This document shows, piece after piece, positions 1 through 8,540 of a stretch of DNA of 25,530 nucleotides. Made by a program: the position numbers and the translations under genes. The first letter of the stretch is position 1. The number at the start of each line of letters is the position of its first letter. Under the pieces are notes generated by a model. It did no database searches, was not told the origin of the DNA, and was given only the letters and a program-made list of their open reading frames with translations. This stretch comes from a virus (taxonomy: Duplodnaviria > Caudoviricetes): the IMG/VR virus record IMGVR_UViG_3300037789_000065, positions 1-25,530 of that record; one strand, 5' to 3'.

Positions 1-79
1 GTGGAGCCCGCCGCCCGGGCGTTTTCTATGAACGATGTTCAAAAAATGGACCCCGCAAGCACCATATGTAGGGGGTCCT

Positions 80-637
80 ATGGCTCGTAAGTCTAATAAA
101 CGTGGGCAAAAGGTTTCAAGTCTTGCTTTGTCGAAGCTGCTGGGTCGTGACCGTGGCTCATTTCCAAAGTGGGTCGATGAAGAAGGCATGCCTTTCGAGA
201 CCCGGCCCGACGAAAACGGCGCCGGTGAGTGGCAGTTCTACACAGCTGAGGTCATCGACTGGCTGATTGAACGGGAAATGAAAAAGGTCGTCGATGCAGT
301 CGCACCATCTGACGGAGATGAAGACACAAGCAAAATGTCCAAGGCCCAAGCTGAACGGTCAAAGGCTGTCTGGTCTGCTGCGAAAGAACGTGTCGCCGCT
401 CTGATGGCCGCTCTTAATTATCAAAAAGAGCTCGGCCGTGTCGTCGACAAAGAGATGGTCGGCGCCGTGTTCAATGAAAAACTGATCCGTGTCAAAACCC
501 GCTTCATGGATCTCGGTCCGCGTGTCGGCTCTGACTTTGAAGACGATCAATACACAAAAACAAAAGTTGTGAACTCAATCGATGAACACGTTTCTGAGAT
601 TTTGGGTGAGCTGTCATTCTCGGAAAAAGAAATATGA
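80..637 (+). CDS. Terminase small subunit (Nu1-like, N-terminal winged HTH)
   Basis: WVDEEGMP...WQFYTAEVIDW resembles the Nu1 wHTH, followed by a coiled coil; its stop overlaps the large-subunit ATG (ATGA 634-637). ATG 80 (after GGGGG 71-75) preferred over ORF-track start 35. Confidence 0.85.
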   Translation: MARKSNKRGQKVSSLALSKLLGRDRGSFPKWVDEEGMPFETRPDENGAGEWQFYTAEVIDWLIEREMKKVVDAVAPSDGDEDTSKMSKAQAERSKAVWSAAKERVAALMAALNYQKELGRVVDKEMVGAVFNEKLIRVKTRFMDLGPRVGSDFEDDQYTKTKVVNSIDEHVSEILGELSFSEKEI

Positions 638-2754
638 GTGAAGAAGAAGGCATCGGCGAACTGCCGGATCTCGGAATAGAAGAAATTGATCAGGTTGCTC
701 TTTTGTCAGAGCACCTTGATTCCGTGATGTCAGAAGCATTGAAGCCGTTGTCGCGTGATCCGACTTCTGTGTGGTCTGAGAGCAATCTTTATCTTCCGGC
801 AGGTGTTTCATCTATCCCTGGCCCGCTGCGTTGGTTTGAGTATCAACGCGGGATTGTGGATGCGATTGATGAGCCGGGTGTTCATGAGATCGTCATCGAG
901 AAAGGATCCAGGACTGGCTACAACCAAATCCTCGCCGCCTGGCATCTGCGTTGGCTTGCGACAACGCGCGATCCTATCGTGACAATCCACCAGACGGAAA
1001 AAGCGGCGCGTGAGTATGAAGAAAAATACATCCGCCCGATGATTGAAGCGAGCCCTGAGTTGCTTGCGGTTTTGCCGAATCAGGAAGACCAGCGCTGGCA
1101 CTCGAAGACAACACTCACCGGCTCAACGCTTACATTCAAAGAGGCCGGTAAGCCGTCAAACTTCGCGTCATATGCAGCCCGACTGATTTCAGGCGATGAA
1201 GTTGATCGCCCACAGTGGGCTGATGGTGGCGCAGATATTTCAGAGGGTGACAAGTTGGATTTGATGGAAGTCCGCCTGTCATCGTTCAAAGGCCGTGAAT
1301 TGATGATCAACGGGTCATCGCCTGGTCTTGAACGCACGAGCCGCATCCACCCCCGCTTCCTCCTGACTGACCAGCGGCGTTATTTTATGCCGTGCCCACA
1401 CTGCGAGGAGACCCAATATTTTGAGTGGGGCGGCCGTGATTATGACTACGGCGTGAAGTGGGACAAAGGCAATCCAGCCGCTGCATATTATGTCTGTAAG
1501 CACTGCGGATGTGTCATCGATGAGCGCGGACGGCGTGAGATGATGAAGCGTGGCGAGTGGATTCCAACAGCTACGGGCCTGCCAGGGAAAGTCGGCTTCC
1601 ATATGTCCGGCCTTCTTTCTCCCTTTCTTTCTTTCGGTGACCTGGCCGGGCAGTTTGAGAAAGCGGCTCGGATGGCAGCGATTGGTCGAACGGGAAACTT
1701 GCAGACATTCGTGAACACAAAGCTGGGCGAGGTTTGGGTTGAGCCAGAAGCTGGAAAGCCAGCGGACGCACATGAACTTGAAGAGCGTGTCGAACTTTAC
1801 GAAGCAGAGGTGCCGCAGGAGTGTCTGTTCGTTGTTGCGACGGCTGACACGCAAGAAGGCAAGGCAGATGAGCCGGGTTATCATGAGGTGGCATTCTATG
1901 GTGTCGCACCTGGCGAGCAATTCTATCTGATCGCGCAGTTCAAACTTCAAGAATACGGTCTCGACGATAAGCGGCACGAAGTCCAGCTCGCCTCCCTCCT
2001 GTCGAGGAAATGGCGCCACGCGTCCGGTCGTCAGATGGAAGCGGCTATCGCGCTTGTCGACTGCGGCGGCAATCACACAAGCCAAGTCGTCCGGTTCTGT
2101 AACGACGCGGCCGCGAAGGGTAAGCGTTGGTATCCGATCAAAGGTTATTCAAACAAGCCTGGTGAACGCCGTGGCATCATCTGGCCAGGCTCAATCTCGC
2201 AAGCCAAAAAAGGCGGCTATATGTATGTTGTCGATGTCGACAGCGTCAAAGATGAGATGTATCGCCGACTGAAATTGGAGCCTGGCGAACATGGTTCGGT
2301 TCACTTTCCATCTTCTGCGAGCTCAATTGAAGGGGCTCTGCAAATCGACGGCAAATTCTTCAAGCGTTTGACAAAAGAACGCCCTCGTGTCGTGCCTGGA
2401 ACAGATGGCACATCTTGGGCAAATCAGCCGCGCGATCAAGAGCCGTGGGATTTGCTTGTCTATTCGTATGTTGCTTTGGAAGCGCTTTACTCAATGAAGG
2501 GCGGCTCAAAAATCCGCGACGCCCTGGGTGGCTCGTCGGTGAACACTGTTCAAAAGAAAGCAAAAGAGGAAGCGGTGACTGCTGTTGAAGAAGCGACGGT
2601 CGAAGAACAAGCTGACCTCACAAAAATACCGCCGTGGAATCTGACGCCGGAACAACGCAAAATCGCAGAAGAACAACGTGCAGCAAAAGAAAAGAAGATC
2701 AAGCGTCAAACGGGTGGAATTGGTGTCGTCAAGTCAAGTTTCGTAAGTCAATAA
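634..2754 (+). CDS. Terminase large subunit, GpA family
   Basis: Walker A-like KGSRTGY, Walker B ISGDEVD, SSP motif, DQRRYFMPCPHC and YVCKHCG Cys motifs, FVNTKLGE and nuclease ADTQ; charged C-terminal tail. Confidence 0.95.
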   Translation: MSEEEGIGELPDLGIEEIDQVALLSEHLDSVMSEALKPLSRDPTSVWSESNLYLPAGVSSIPGPLRWFEYQRGIVDAIDEPGVHEIVIEKGSRTGYNQILAAWHLRWLATTRDPIVTIHQTEKAAREYEEKYIRPMIEASPELLAVLPNQEDQRWHSKTTLTGSTLTFKEAGKPSNFASYAARLISGDEVDRPQWADGGADISEGDKLDLMEVRLSSFKGRELMINGSSPGLERTSRIHPRFLLTDQRRYFMPCPHCEETQYFEWGGRDYDYGVKWDKGNPAAAYYVCKHCGCVIDERGRREMMKRGEWIPTATGLPGKVGFHMSGLLSPFLSFGDLAGQFEKAARMAAIGRTGNLQTFVNTKLGEVWVEPEAGKPADAHELEERVELYEAEVPQECLFVVATADTQEGKADEPGYHEVAFYGVAPGEQFYLIAQFKLQEYGLDDKRHEVQLASLLSRKWRHASGRQMEAAIALVDCGGNHTSQVVRFCNDAAAKGKRWYPIKGYSNKPGERRGIIWPGSISQAKKGGYMYVVDVDSVKDEMYRRLKLEPGEHGSVHFPSSASSIEGALQIDGKFFKRLTKERPRVVPGTDGTSWANQPRDQEPWDLLVYSYVALEALYSMKGGSKIRDALGGSSVNTVQKKAKEEAVTAVEEATVEEQADLTKIPPWNLTPEQRKIAEEQRAAKEKKIKRQTGGIGVVKSSFVSQ

Positions 2755-2793
2755 CGCAAACGAAAACAGTCTCCCGGGCAATAATAGAAAAAC
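2755..2793 (+). promoter_or_regulatory. Late-promoter motif copy 1 (upstream of gpW)
   Basis: CGCAAA 2755-2760, 15-nt spacer, GGGCAATAATA 2776-2786, then GAAAAAC. Confidence 0.8.
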
Positions 2794-2808
2794 CCGGGAG
2801 AAACTGTC

Positions 2809-3063
2809 TTGTTCACACTCATTTCAACAGCCGATTTGACGGCAATGCTTCAAAAGCTCGCTGCATCGTATGCAAGCGGCCGTCTTGAAATTGAACACAA
2901 CGGCGAACGCATTCGATATGTGAGCAAAAAAGACATGAAAATGGTGGCTGATGAGATCGCAAATGAATTGCGGTCTCGCGGCGCTCTTATTTCTCCGGAA
3001 ACTGGTGAGCAGCCGGAGAAGCCAAATCGGGTTTTGTATCTGTATCAATCAGGGAACCCGTAA
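2809..3063 (+). CDS. Head-tail joining protein, gpW-like
   Basis: 84 aa between terminase and portal; LAASYASGRLEIEHNGERIRY pattern; TTG start after GGGAG 2796-2800. Confidence 0.8.
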   Translation: MFTLISTADLTAMLQKLAASYASGRLEIEHNGERIRYVSKKDMKMVADEIANELRSRGALISPETGEQPEKPNRVLYLYQSGNP

Positions 3064-4554
3064 ATGACTGAACAAAAGCAAAAAAGAACCTGGTTTTCAA
3101 AAATCTGGTCGCCCGCTTCAAAAGTGACACAAATCGGAAACTCGATTCCAGACGCTGGAATCGCCGGATTGACACGTCTTGACTATGACTATGCAGGCGC
3201 AACGGGTGCTGGTCCAAACGCCGCTATGTTGTCGCGCTTAGATGTCGAGCGTGCTCGCAGCCGTCATGAGTTTATGCTCAATGAATATGCTCGCCGCGCA
3301 AAAGCAATTCGCACCCGTTATGTGGTCGGCTCTGGTCTGCGTCCGCACATAAAAGGCGATGCAAAACTTCAAGAGCTTTGGAAAAAGTTTGTCAAGAACT
3401 CTGATCCGTCCGGTTTGCTTGATTTTTATGATCAGCAAAAACTGATTTATAGTGAGGCTCTCGAAGGCGGCGAGTCCATGGTTTTACCGCGTCGTCGTCG
3501 CCCAGAAGATGGGCTCGAAGTGCCGCTGCAGCTGCAAGTCTTGGAGGCTGAATATCTGCCCAGCGGGCGTTCGGTCGATATGCCTGCAAACACAATCGGC
3601 GGCGTTGAGTTGGACAAACTTGAGCGCCCCGTCGCTTATTGGCTCTACACTCGTCACCCTGCCGATGCTGTTCTGACTGGAATCGGCTTGCCGGAATTGA
3701 AGCGGTATGAAGCGGCCCGCGTGATCCGCATTCTTGCGCCTGGTCGTGCCGGTGCGCTTCGTGGCCGTCCAATCATCGCGGCCGTGTTGCCGCGTCTTCG
3801 TGCAGTGGAAAAATACGAACGCGCTGACCTGGCGAAGAAAGAGACTGCCGCCTTGATGGGCGTGGCGGTCAAGATGCCAGCGGCTGATGACAGTGTCGGT
3901 GATGTCCTTGGACTGAGTGCAGAAGAGAAAGAAGAGGGCCAAACCTGGGAGCTGTCAGGCCTCAACCCTGGCGCCATTTTCGGACTTCCTCCTGGCGCTT
4001 CAATTGAAGTCGTCAATCCTCAGGATTCGAGCACTGGCTTCGCAGAGGCATGGCGCACTCGCTACCTCGGCGTCGCTGCTGGCTTGGATGTTCCTTACCA
4101 TCTTTTAACAGGCGATCACTCCGGCATGAATGACCGCTCTTTGCGTTCTGTTATGCTCGATTTCTTCGCGTGTGTGAAAGAAGACAGGAAGCGTTTGTCG
4201 CACCAGCTGAACAGTCGTGTGTGGAAAGAGTTCCTTGACGCTGCTGAACGGGCTGGATGGAAAGCACCGGCTGGAAAGACACGCTCTGATTTTGAGAGCG
4301 TCGAATGGATCGGTGAGCCGCTTCCACACATCCACCCTGTTCAAGAAGTCGCCGCTCAAACCAATGCGATCAGAACCGGCGTCAAAACGCTTGAAGAAGT
4401 TCTGCAAGAAAACGGCAGTGATCTCGAAACATTTATCGAGCAGAAAAAGCGTGAAAACGAAATGCTCGATGAAGCCGAGATCATTCTTGACTGTGACCCT
4501 CGCAAGATGACGAAAGCGGGCGGCTATCAAGACACAAACACCGGATCGGAATAA
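3064..4554 (+). CDS. Portal protein, lambda family
   Basis: RARSR...NEYARRA, VVGSGLRP, PLQLQVLEAEYL, GVELDKLERPVAYW, LTGD..GMN, W..EP..HIHPVQE motifs; position. Confidence 0.95.
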   Translation: MTEQKQKRTWFSKIWSPASKVTQIGNSIPDAGIAGLTRLDYDYAGATGAGPNAAMLSRLDVERARSRHEFMLNEYARRAKAIRTRYVVGSGLRPHIKGDAKLQELWKKFVKNSDPSGLLDFYDQQKLIYSEALEGGESMVLPRRRRPEDGLEVPLQLQVLEAEYLPSGRSVDMPANTIGGVELDKLERPVAYWLYTRHPADAVLTGIGLPELKRYEAARVIRILAPGRAGALRGRPIIAAVLPRLRAVEKYERADLAKKETAALMGVAVKMPAADDSVGDVLGLSAEEKEEGQTWELSGLNPGAIFGLPPGASIEVVNPQDSSTGFAEAWRTRYLGVAAGLDVPYHLLTGDHSGMNDRSLRSVMLDFFACVKEDRKRLSHQLNSRVWKEFLDAAERAGWKAPAGKTRSDFESVEWIGEPLPHIHPVQEVAAQTNAIRTGVKTLEEVLQENGSDLETFIEQKKRENEMLDEAEIILDCDPRKMTKAGGYQDTNTGSE

Positions 4555-4560
4555 TTTTCA

Positions 4561-4589
4561 GTCTGCGGCGCAAATGAAACGCCGCAGAC
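4561..4589 (+). other. Perfect 10-bp GC-rich hairpin after the portal stop, overlapping the upstream box of promoter copy 2
   Basis: GTCTGCGGCG 4561-4570 pairs with CGCCGCAGAC 4580-4589, 9-nt loop; no U-tract follows. Confidence 0.6.
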
Positions 4590-4607
4590 GGGCAACAATA
4601 GAAAAAC
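4569..4607 (+). promoter_or_regulatory. Late-promoter motif copy 2 (upstream of prohead protease)
   Basis: CGCAAA 4569-4574, 15-nt spacer, GGGCAACAATA 4590-4600, then GAAAAAC. Confidence 0.8.
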
Positions 4608-4621
4608 AAGGAATGATGAAC

Positions 4622-5773
4622 ATGGACTATTTTGCAAAACTTCCACAAGTAAGCGTCGGACGCCCGTCCTACATCCGCTCTTTCCGTGGAACTGACATCA
4701 AGGCCGCTCGCGAAGTTCGCAAGCCAGAAATCTCTGCAAAGGCATCTGAGAATGAAGGTGAGGTTTCTGAGCTGTTTATTCTCGATGAGATCGGTGGCTG
4801 GGGTGTTTATGCAGCCGAGGCGATTTATTGGTTGAAGCAATTCGACGGCGAAGGCAAGAAAGTCAAGATCTACATCAACTCTCCCGGCGGCGACGTTTTT
4901 GAGGGAATTGCGATTGCAAACTTCATCGCTGGTATGAAAGCAGAGACAGAAGTTGTTGTCACATCTTTGGCTGCTTCTATCGCGTCAATCATCGCTATCG
5001 CTGCTGACAGCGTGAAGATGAATAAGAACGCACAGATGATGATTCACCGTCCTTGGGCCTTCACTTGGGGCGAGTCTGATGCACTTCGTAAAGCTGCTGA
5101 CCATCTCGACAAAATCGAAGATCAGCTTGTTGGCACATACGCGGATCGCGGAAACGGCAAGAAAAAGCGTGAAGAATATTCTGCTGCTGTTCGTGCTGAA
5201 ACATGGATGACGCCAGAGGAGGCAATCGAAATGGGATTGGCTGATGGACTTGTCGGCGAAGAAATCGAAGTCAAAGCATCTTTGAAAATCGACGCTGAAT
5301 TTTTGAACGAAGCCGGAATCAAAAACGCGCCTTCCGATCTTGTCGAGCCTGCACAGGAAAAAGAATCCGAGCAGGAAAAAGAAGAAGTGAAAGCACAAGA
5401 AGTTGTTGGTGTTTCGCTCGCAAAACCGGAAGATTCAGAAAAAGATCAAAAAAATTCTGTTGCCCACGCAAACAAAGATGAAGACGCGGGCAATAACAAA
5501 ACATACACCGAAACTGAGGTGTCTGAAATCAAAGCAATCTGCGCAAAAGCAAAAATGCAAAACGCAGATGAGCTGATGAAGAACGGCAAAACGGTGGCAG
5601 AAATCAAGAACCTCGCGTTCGACATTCTTGCCGCACAAGACGCCGAAGAAAACATCAGCAGCGCGATTGAAGGCTCTGAGGGGACGGAACAACCCGCAGC
5701 CCCATCGGCTGCACAAATAAACGCAGAAATTCGGGCTCGGCAGTTCGCTGAGTTCCAGCCAAAGTCAAAGTAA
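4622..5773 (+). CDS. Prohead maturation protease, ClpP (S14) type, with acidic linker and scaffold-like C-terminus
   Basis: INSPGGDVFEG, LAASIAS (catalytic Ser), MMIHRPW (His), ETWMTPEEA. ORF-track ATG 4574 lies inside the promoter/hairpin; SD AAGGA 4608-4612 favours ATG 4622 (or 4613/4616). Confidence 0.9.
   Translation: MDYFAKLPQVSVGRPSYIRSFRGTDIKAAREVRKPEISAKASENEGEVSELFILDEIGGWGVYAAEAIYWLKQFDGEGKKVKIYINSPGGDVFEGIAIANFIAGMKAETEVVVTSLAASIASIIAIAADSVKMNKNAQMMIHRPWAFTWGESDALRKAADHLDKIEDQLVGTYADRGNGKKKREEYSAAVRAETWMTPEEAIEMGLADGLVGEEIEVKASLKIDAEFLNEAGIKNAPSDLVEPAQEKESEQEKEEVKAQEVVGVSLAKPEDSEKDQKNSVAHANKDEDAGNNKTYTETEVSEIKAICAKAKMQNADELMKNGKTVAEIKNLAFDILAAQDAEENISSAIEGSEGTEQPAAPSAAQINAEIRARQFAEFQPKSK
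5467..5498 (+). promoter_or_regulatory. Late-promoter motif copy 3, inside the protease gene about 290 nt upstream of the capsid gene
   Basis: CGCAAA 5467-5472, 15-nt spacer, GGGCAATAACA 5488-5498. Confidence 0.7.
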
Positions 5774-5786
5774 CGGAGAAAATGGC

Positions 5787-6851
5787 ATGAACACTATTGT
5801 TGACTTTTTGACGCAGGAAACGCCAGACGGCAATCTTGCTGCTATCCTGGCCGGTGTCGTTGAAAAGACGCCCGCCGTTCCTTCTTTCACAAAAACATTG
5901 GGACTCTTTACCGCTGAAGGCGTTCCTGGAACAACTGTCAAGCTCGATCAGAAAAACTCTGTCATCGGCTTGGTTCAGACTTCCGCGCGCGGCACAGATG
6001 CACCTTCGGCATCCGCGACAGGTCGTGGCCCAACCGTTCACTTCGAAGCGGTTCGTGTTGCTTTGGAGCGTCAGTTCCTTGCAGACGAAATCTTGAACCT
6101 TCGTAAGCTGGGCACAAGCGAGTTCGAAATCTCTGCTATCGAGCAATATTTCGTGAATGAGCTGGCGCCTGTTTCTGGCTCTGTTCGCGCAACTCTCGAA
6201 AACCACCGCCTCGGCGCTCTGCGCGGCTACGTTCTCGACGCAAACAGCGACGTGATCACTGACCTTTACACAAAGTTCGGTATCACTGAGCCCGACACTG
6301 TCTACTTCGACCTGACAACAGCTCCTTCCGCTGGTGTTCCTGATCCAATCCGTCGCAAGCTCGCGGAAAAAGTTGTTCGCCCCATCAAGAAGAGCCTTGG
6401 TGCCATCGGCTCCGGTCAAATCTGGGCGATGTGTGGTTCTCAGTTCTTCGATGAGCTCGTCGGAGCCGAAGAGTGCCGCGAAACATACGCAAACCAAGCT
6501 GCTGCTTCCGCTCTGCGTGAAGGCACAGCGATGACTGGCCGCGTGTTCAAATACGGAGATGTCAACTTCGTCGAAAACTTCGACACAATCGGCGGAACAG
6601 ACCTTGTTGATGCTGACGAAGTTCGCTTCTTCCCAGCCGGTGTTCCTGGCCTCTTCCGTCAGTTCTTCGCACCTCACGACCGTGACGCTTCCATCCCTGG
6701 CAAGGGCATCGGTCAGCCTGAGTATGCGCTGCCAAGCTTCGACCCGAAGGGCCGCTATCGCGAAGTCGAAATCCAGTCCAACCCCGTGACCATCTGCACC
6801 CGTCCGCAGGTGCTCATCGGTGGCCGCGCCGGTGCTGACCCTGCTCCATAA
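5787..6851 (+). CDS. Major capsid protein, lambda gpE family
   Basis: 354 aa; LGLF..EGV....V, TLENHRLGALRG.VLDA, DLYTKFG, FFP.GVPGLFRQFFAP, EIQSNPV.ICTRP motifs; SD GGAG; strong codon bias. Confidence 0.93.
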   Translation: MNTIVDFLTQETPDGNLAAILAGVVEKTPAVPSFTKTLGLFTAEGVPGTTVKLDQKNSVIGLVQTSARGTDAPSASATGRGPTVHFEAVRVALERQFLADEILNLRKLGTSEFEISAIEQYFVNELAPVSGSVRATLENHRLGALRGYVLDANSDVITDLYTKFGITEPDTVYFDLTTAPSAGVPDPIRRKLAEKVVRPIKKSLGAIGSGQIWAMCGSQFFDELVGAEECRETYANQAAASALREGTAMTGRVFKYGDVNFVENFDTIGGTDLVDADEVRFFPAGVPGLFRQFFAPHDRDASIPGKGIGQPEYALPSFDPKGRYREVEIQSNPVTICTRPQVLIGGRAGADPAP

Positions 6852-6877
6852 GGGCAGATGACAGCTGAATGATTTTG

Positions 6878-6908
6878 GCCCCGCCCTCTCATAGGGGCGG
6901 GGCTTTTT
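6878..6908 (+). terminator. Rho-independent terminator after the capsid gene
   Basis: GCCCCGCCC 6878-6886 pairs with GGGCGGGGC 6895-6903, followed by TTTTT. Confidence 0.9.
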
Positions 6909-6921
6909 CGTAGGAGAGAAC

Positions 6922-7506
6922 ATGAACATCGGATCTGAAATACTGGAAGAACTCGGAAAGCCCGCTCAATATGAGCGGCCGTCTTCTGGTGTGTCGACAA
7001 TCACCGCAATCATTCGAGACAGAGGCGCCAGATCGCGTGTCGGTCGCGGTGTTGTCTTGACATCTGATGCTGTTGCGACTGTTTCAGATTCTGTTGTGTT
7101 CGAAAGAAATGCCACATTGACCTTTGAGGGCACGGTTTATCGTGTCGAAAGCAAAGAGCAAGGTTCGCCAGGATCAAATGTCTGGTCTCTTTCTCGTTTG
7201 AGTGGTGATCGGATTGAAAGCACAGACTCGTTCTTCGGTGATGATATCGTCGACGCGTTCGGAGATGATGTGATTGTTTATAACAGTCAATCCATTCCTG
7301 CTCATGTCGTGAGAACGGCGACCCGAACTGAGATGAAAAAATCCGGTGCGATTGTGAATGTCGTGAAGACGGTTGCAACAATCCGAATTTCAGACGCACC
7401 CGACATTAAGCCAAAAGATCAAATCGAACTTGATGGCCGCACATACACTGTTCGAGAAACAAATCGGACAGGCTTTGGGCTTGTAGATCTGGAGCTCGAC
7501 AAATGA
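6922..7506 (+). CDS. Head-tail joining (stopper, gpFII-like) protein, apparently two tandem domains
   Basis: Position after capsid; each half ends in a 'TLTFEGTVYRV'/'QIELDGRTYTV' beta-strand motif typical of stopper proteins; SD AGGAG. Confidence 0.65.
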   Translation: MNIGSEILEELGKPAQYERPSSGVSTITAIIRDRGARSRVGRGVVLTSDAVATVSDSVVFERNATLTFEGTVYRVESKEQGSPGSNVWSLSRLSGDRIESTDSFFGDDIVDAFGDDVIVYNSQSIPAHVVRTATRTEMKKSGAIVNVVKTVATIRISDAPDIKPKDQIELDGRTYTVRETNRTGFGLVDLELDK

Positions 7507-8030
7507 GTGGAAGAAACAGGCGCGCTGCAGACAAATTCGCAACCTTTGAAAGAGACTTTGACAAAGTGTCAAAGAAGTCATTTGCAAAAACATCGAATAA
7601 ATACGGCAAAAAGATCGTCAAGGACAGACAAAAACAGCTCGGAAATGTCGATGAGCGCAGAAAAGCGGGTGTCTGGCACAAAGTCACACGAAACGGCGGC
7701 CTTGTCATCATGGACTTGGCACCTCTCGCCGCTGCCCAGGAATTTGGGAAAATCATCGGCCCAACCGGCGATGTCGGCTATTTGCGTGTTCCCCTCGGAA
7801 AGGAAAACAAAGGCCCGCAAAAAGATGACAGCGGAAACTTTGTTGTGAGAACACACAGCGGCACGATGTTGCTGATGAACAAAGACGGTGAACCGATTGC
7901 GACACTCGAAAAGCGTGTCGTTATCAAAAGAAACAACACGAACGGAAGATTTGCGACGGCCATTGATAAGAACCTCCGCAAATATCAAGACGAACTTATT
8001 CAAGAAGTGCTTAGGGAATGGCAACCATGA
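7503..8030 (+). CDS. Putative tail-completion/neck protein (gpZ position)
   Basis: Basic 175 aa, ATGA-coupled to both neighbours; QEFG.IIGP...YLRVPL motif like tail-completion proteins; function from position. Confidence 0.55.
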   Translation: MSGRNRRAADKFATFERDFDKVSKKSFAKTSNKYGKKIVKDRQKQLGNVDERRKAGVWHKVTRNGGLVIMDLAPLAAAQEFGKIIGPTGDVGYLRVPLGKENKGPQKDDSGNFVVRTHSGTMLLMNKDGEPIATLEKRVVIKRNNTNGRFATAIDKNLRKYQDELIQEVLREWQP

Positions 8031-8461
8031 AACGTAAAGAAATCACACAAGAAATTCTGAACTGCTTAAACTCAATTCCGAATCTTCGGGTTGAGTATGA
8101 AAGAAGGCAACCAGAAGATGAAGACGAACTGAGAGAAAATGGACCGCTTGCAATTTTGCTTCGCGGCGAGTGTGAGCGAGTTGAGGTTGACAATGCGCCA
8201 ACATCTCTTTGGTCCATTCGGTGGGAATACAAGCCTGTGATCGCTTTTTTCATCGCTGATGCTGATCAGGACGAGCAAAGAGAGGCGCTTGAAGAAATCG
8301 AGGACGCTTTCGTCACGGCGCTTGCAGAAAATCCAAGACTGACAGAAGACGATCTTTTGGCAATGAGTTCTGAGCCTGATTGTAAAGTCGTTTTTCGTTA
8401 TCCGGACGAGGCGCCGATTGGTGGCATGGAAATATTCTTAAATCTGACGTATGACAGATAA
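8027..8461 (+). CDS. Putative tail terminator protein (gpU position)
   Basis: Acidic ~144 aa just before the tail tube, begins MKRKEITQEI and ends LTY; ATG 8027 overlaps the upstream TGA and follows AGGGA (ORF track starts at 8018). Confidence 0.6.
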   Translation: MKRKEITQEILNCLNSIPNLRVEYERRQPEDEDELRENGPLAILLRGECERVEVDNAPTSLWSIRWEYKPVIAFFIADADQDEQREALEEIEDAFVTALAENPRLTEDDLLAMSSEPDCKVVFRYPDEAPIGGMEIFLNLTYDR

Positions 8462-8476
8462 AAAAATAACTGCTGA

Positions 8477-8515
8477 CGCAAACAAAAACGAATGCGTGGG
8501 CAATAATAGATAAAC
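8477..8515 (+). promoter_or_regulatory. Late-promoter motif copy 4 (upstream of tail tube)
   Basis: CGCAAA 8477-8482, 15-nt spacer, GGGCAATAATA 8498-8508, then GATAAAC. Confidence 0.8.
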
Positions 8516-8540
8516 ACAGCTTTGACATGAGGAAAACGCA

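Noticed and set aside
29-41. TGAAC-GAT-GTTCA palindrome as a LexA box or cos element
   Set aside because: Spacing matches neither GTTC-N7-GTTC nor GAAC-N4-GTTC; single short copy at the window edge
4574-4612. ORF-track N-terminal extension MKRRRRATIEKQG of the protease
   Set aside because: Lies in the hairpin/promoter, upstream of the predicted TSS and SD
5655-6929. 424-aa minus-strand ORF opposite the capsid gene
   Set aside because: Antisense shadow of a strongly codon-biased gene; no recognisable motif; begins across the terminator
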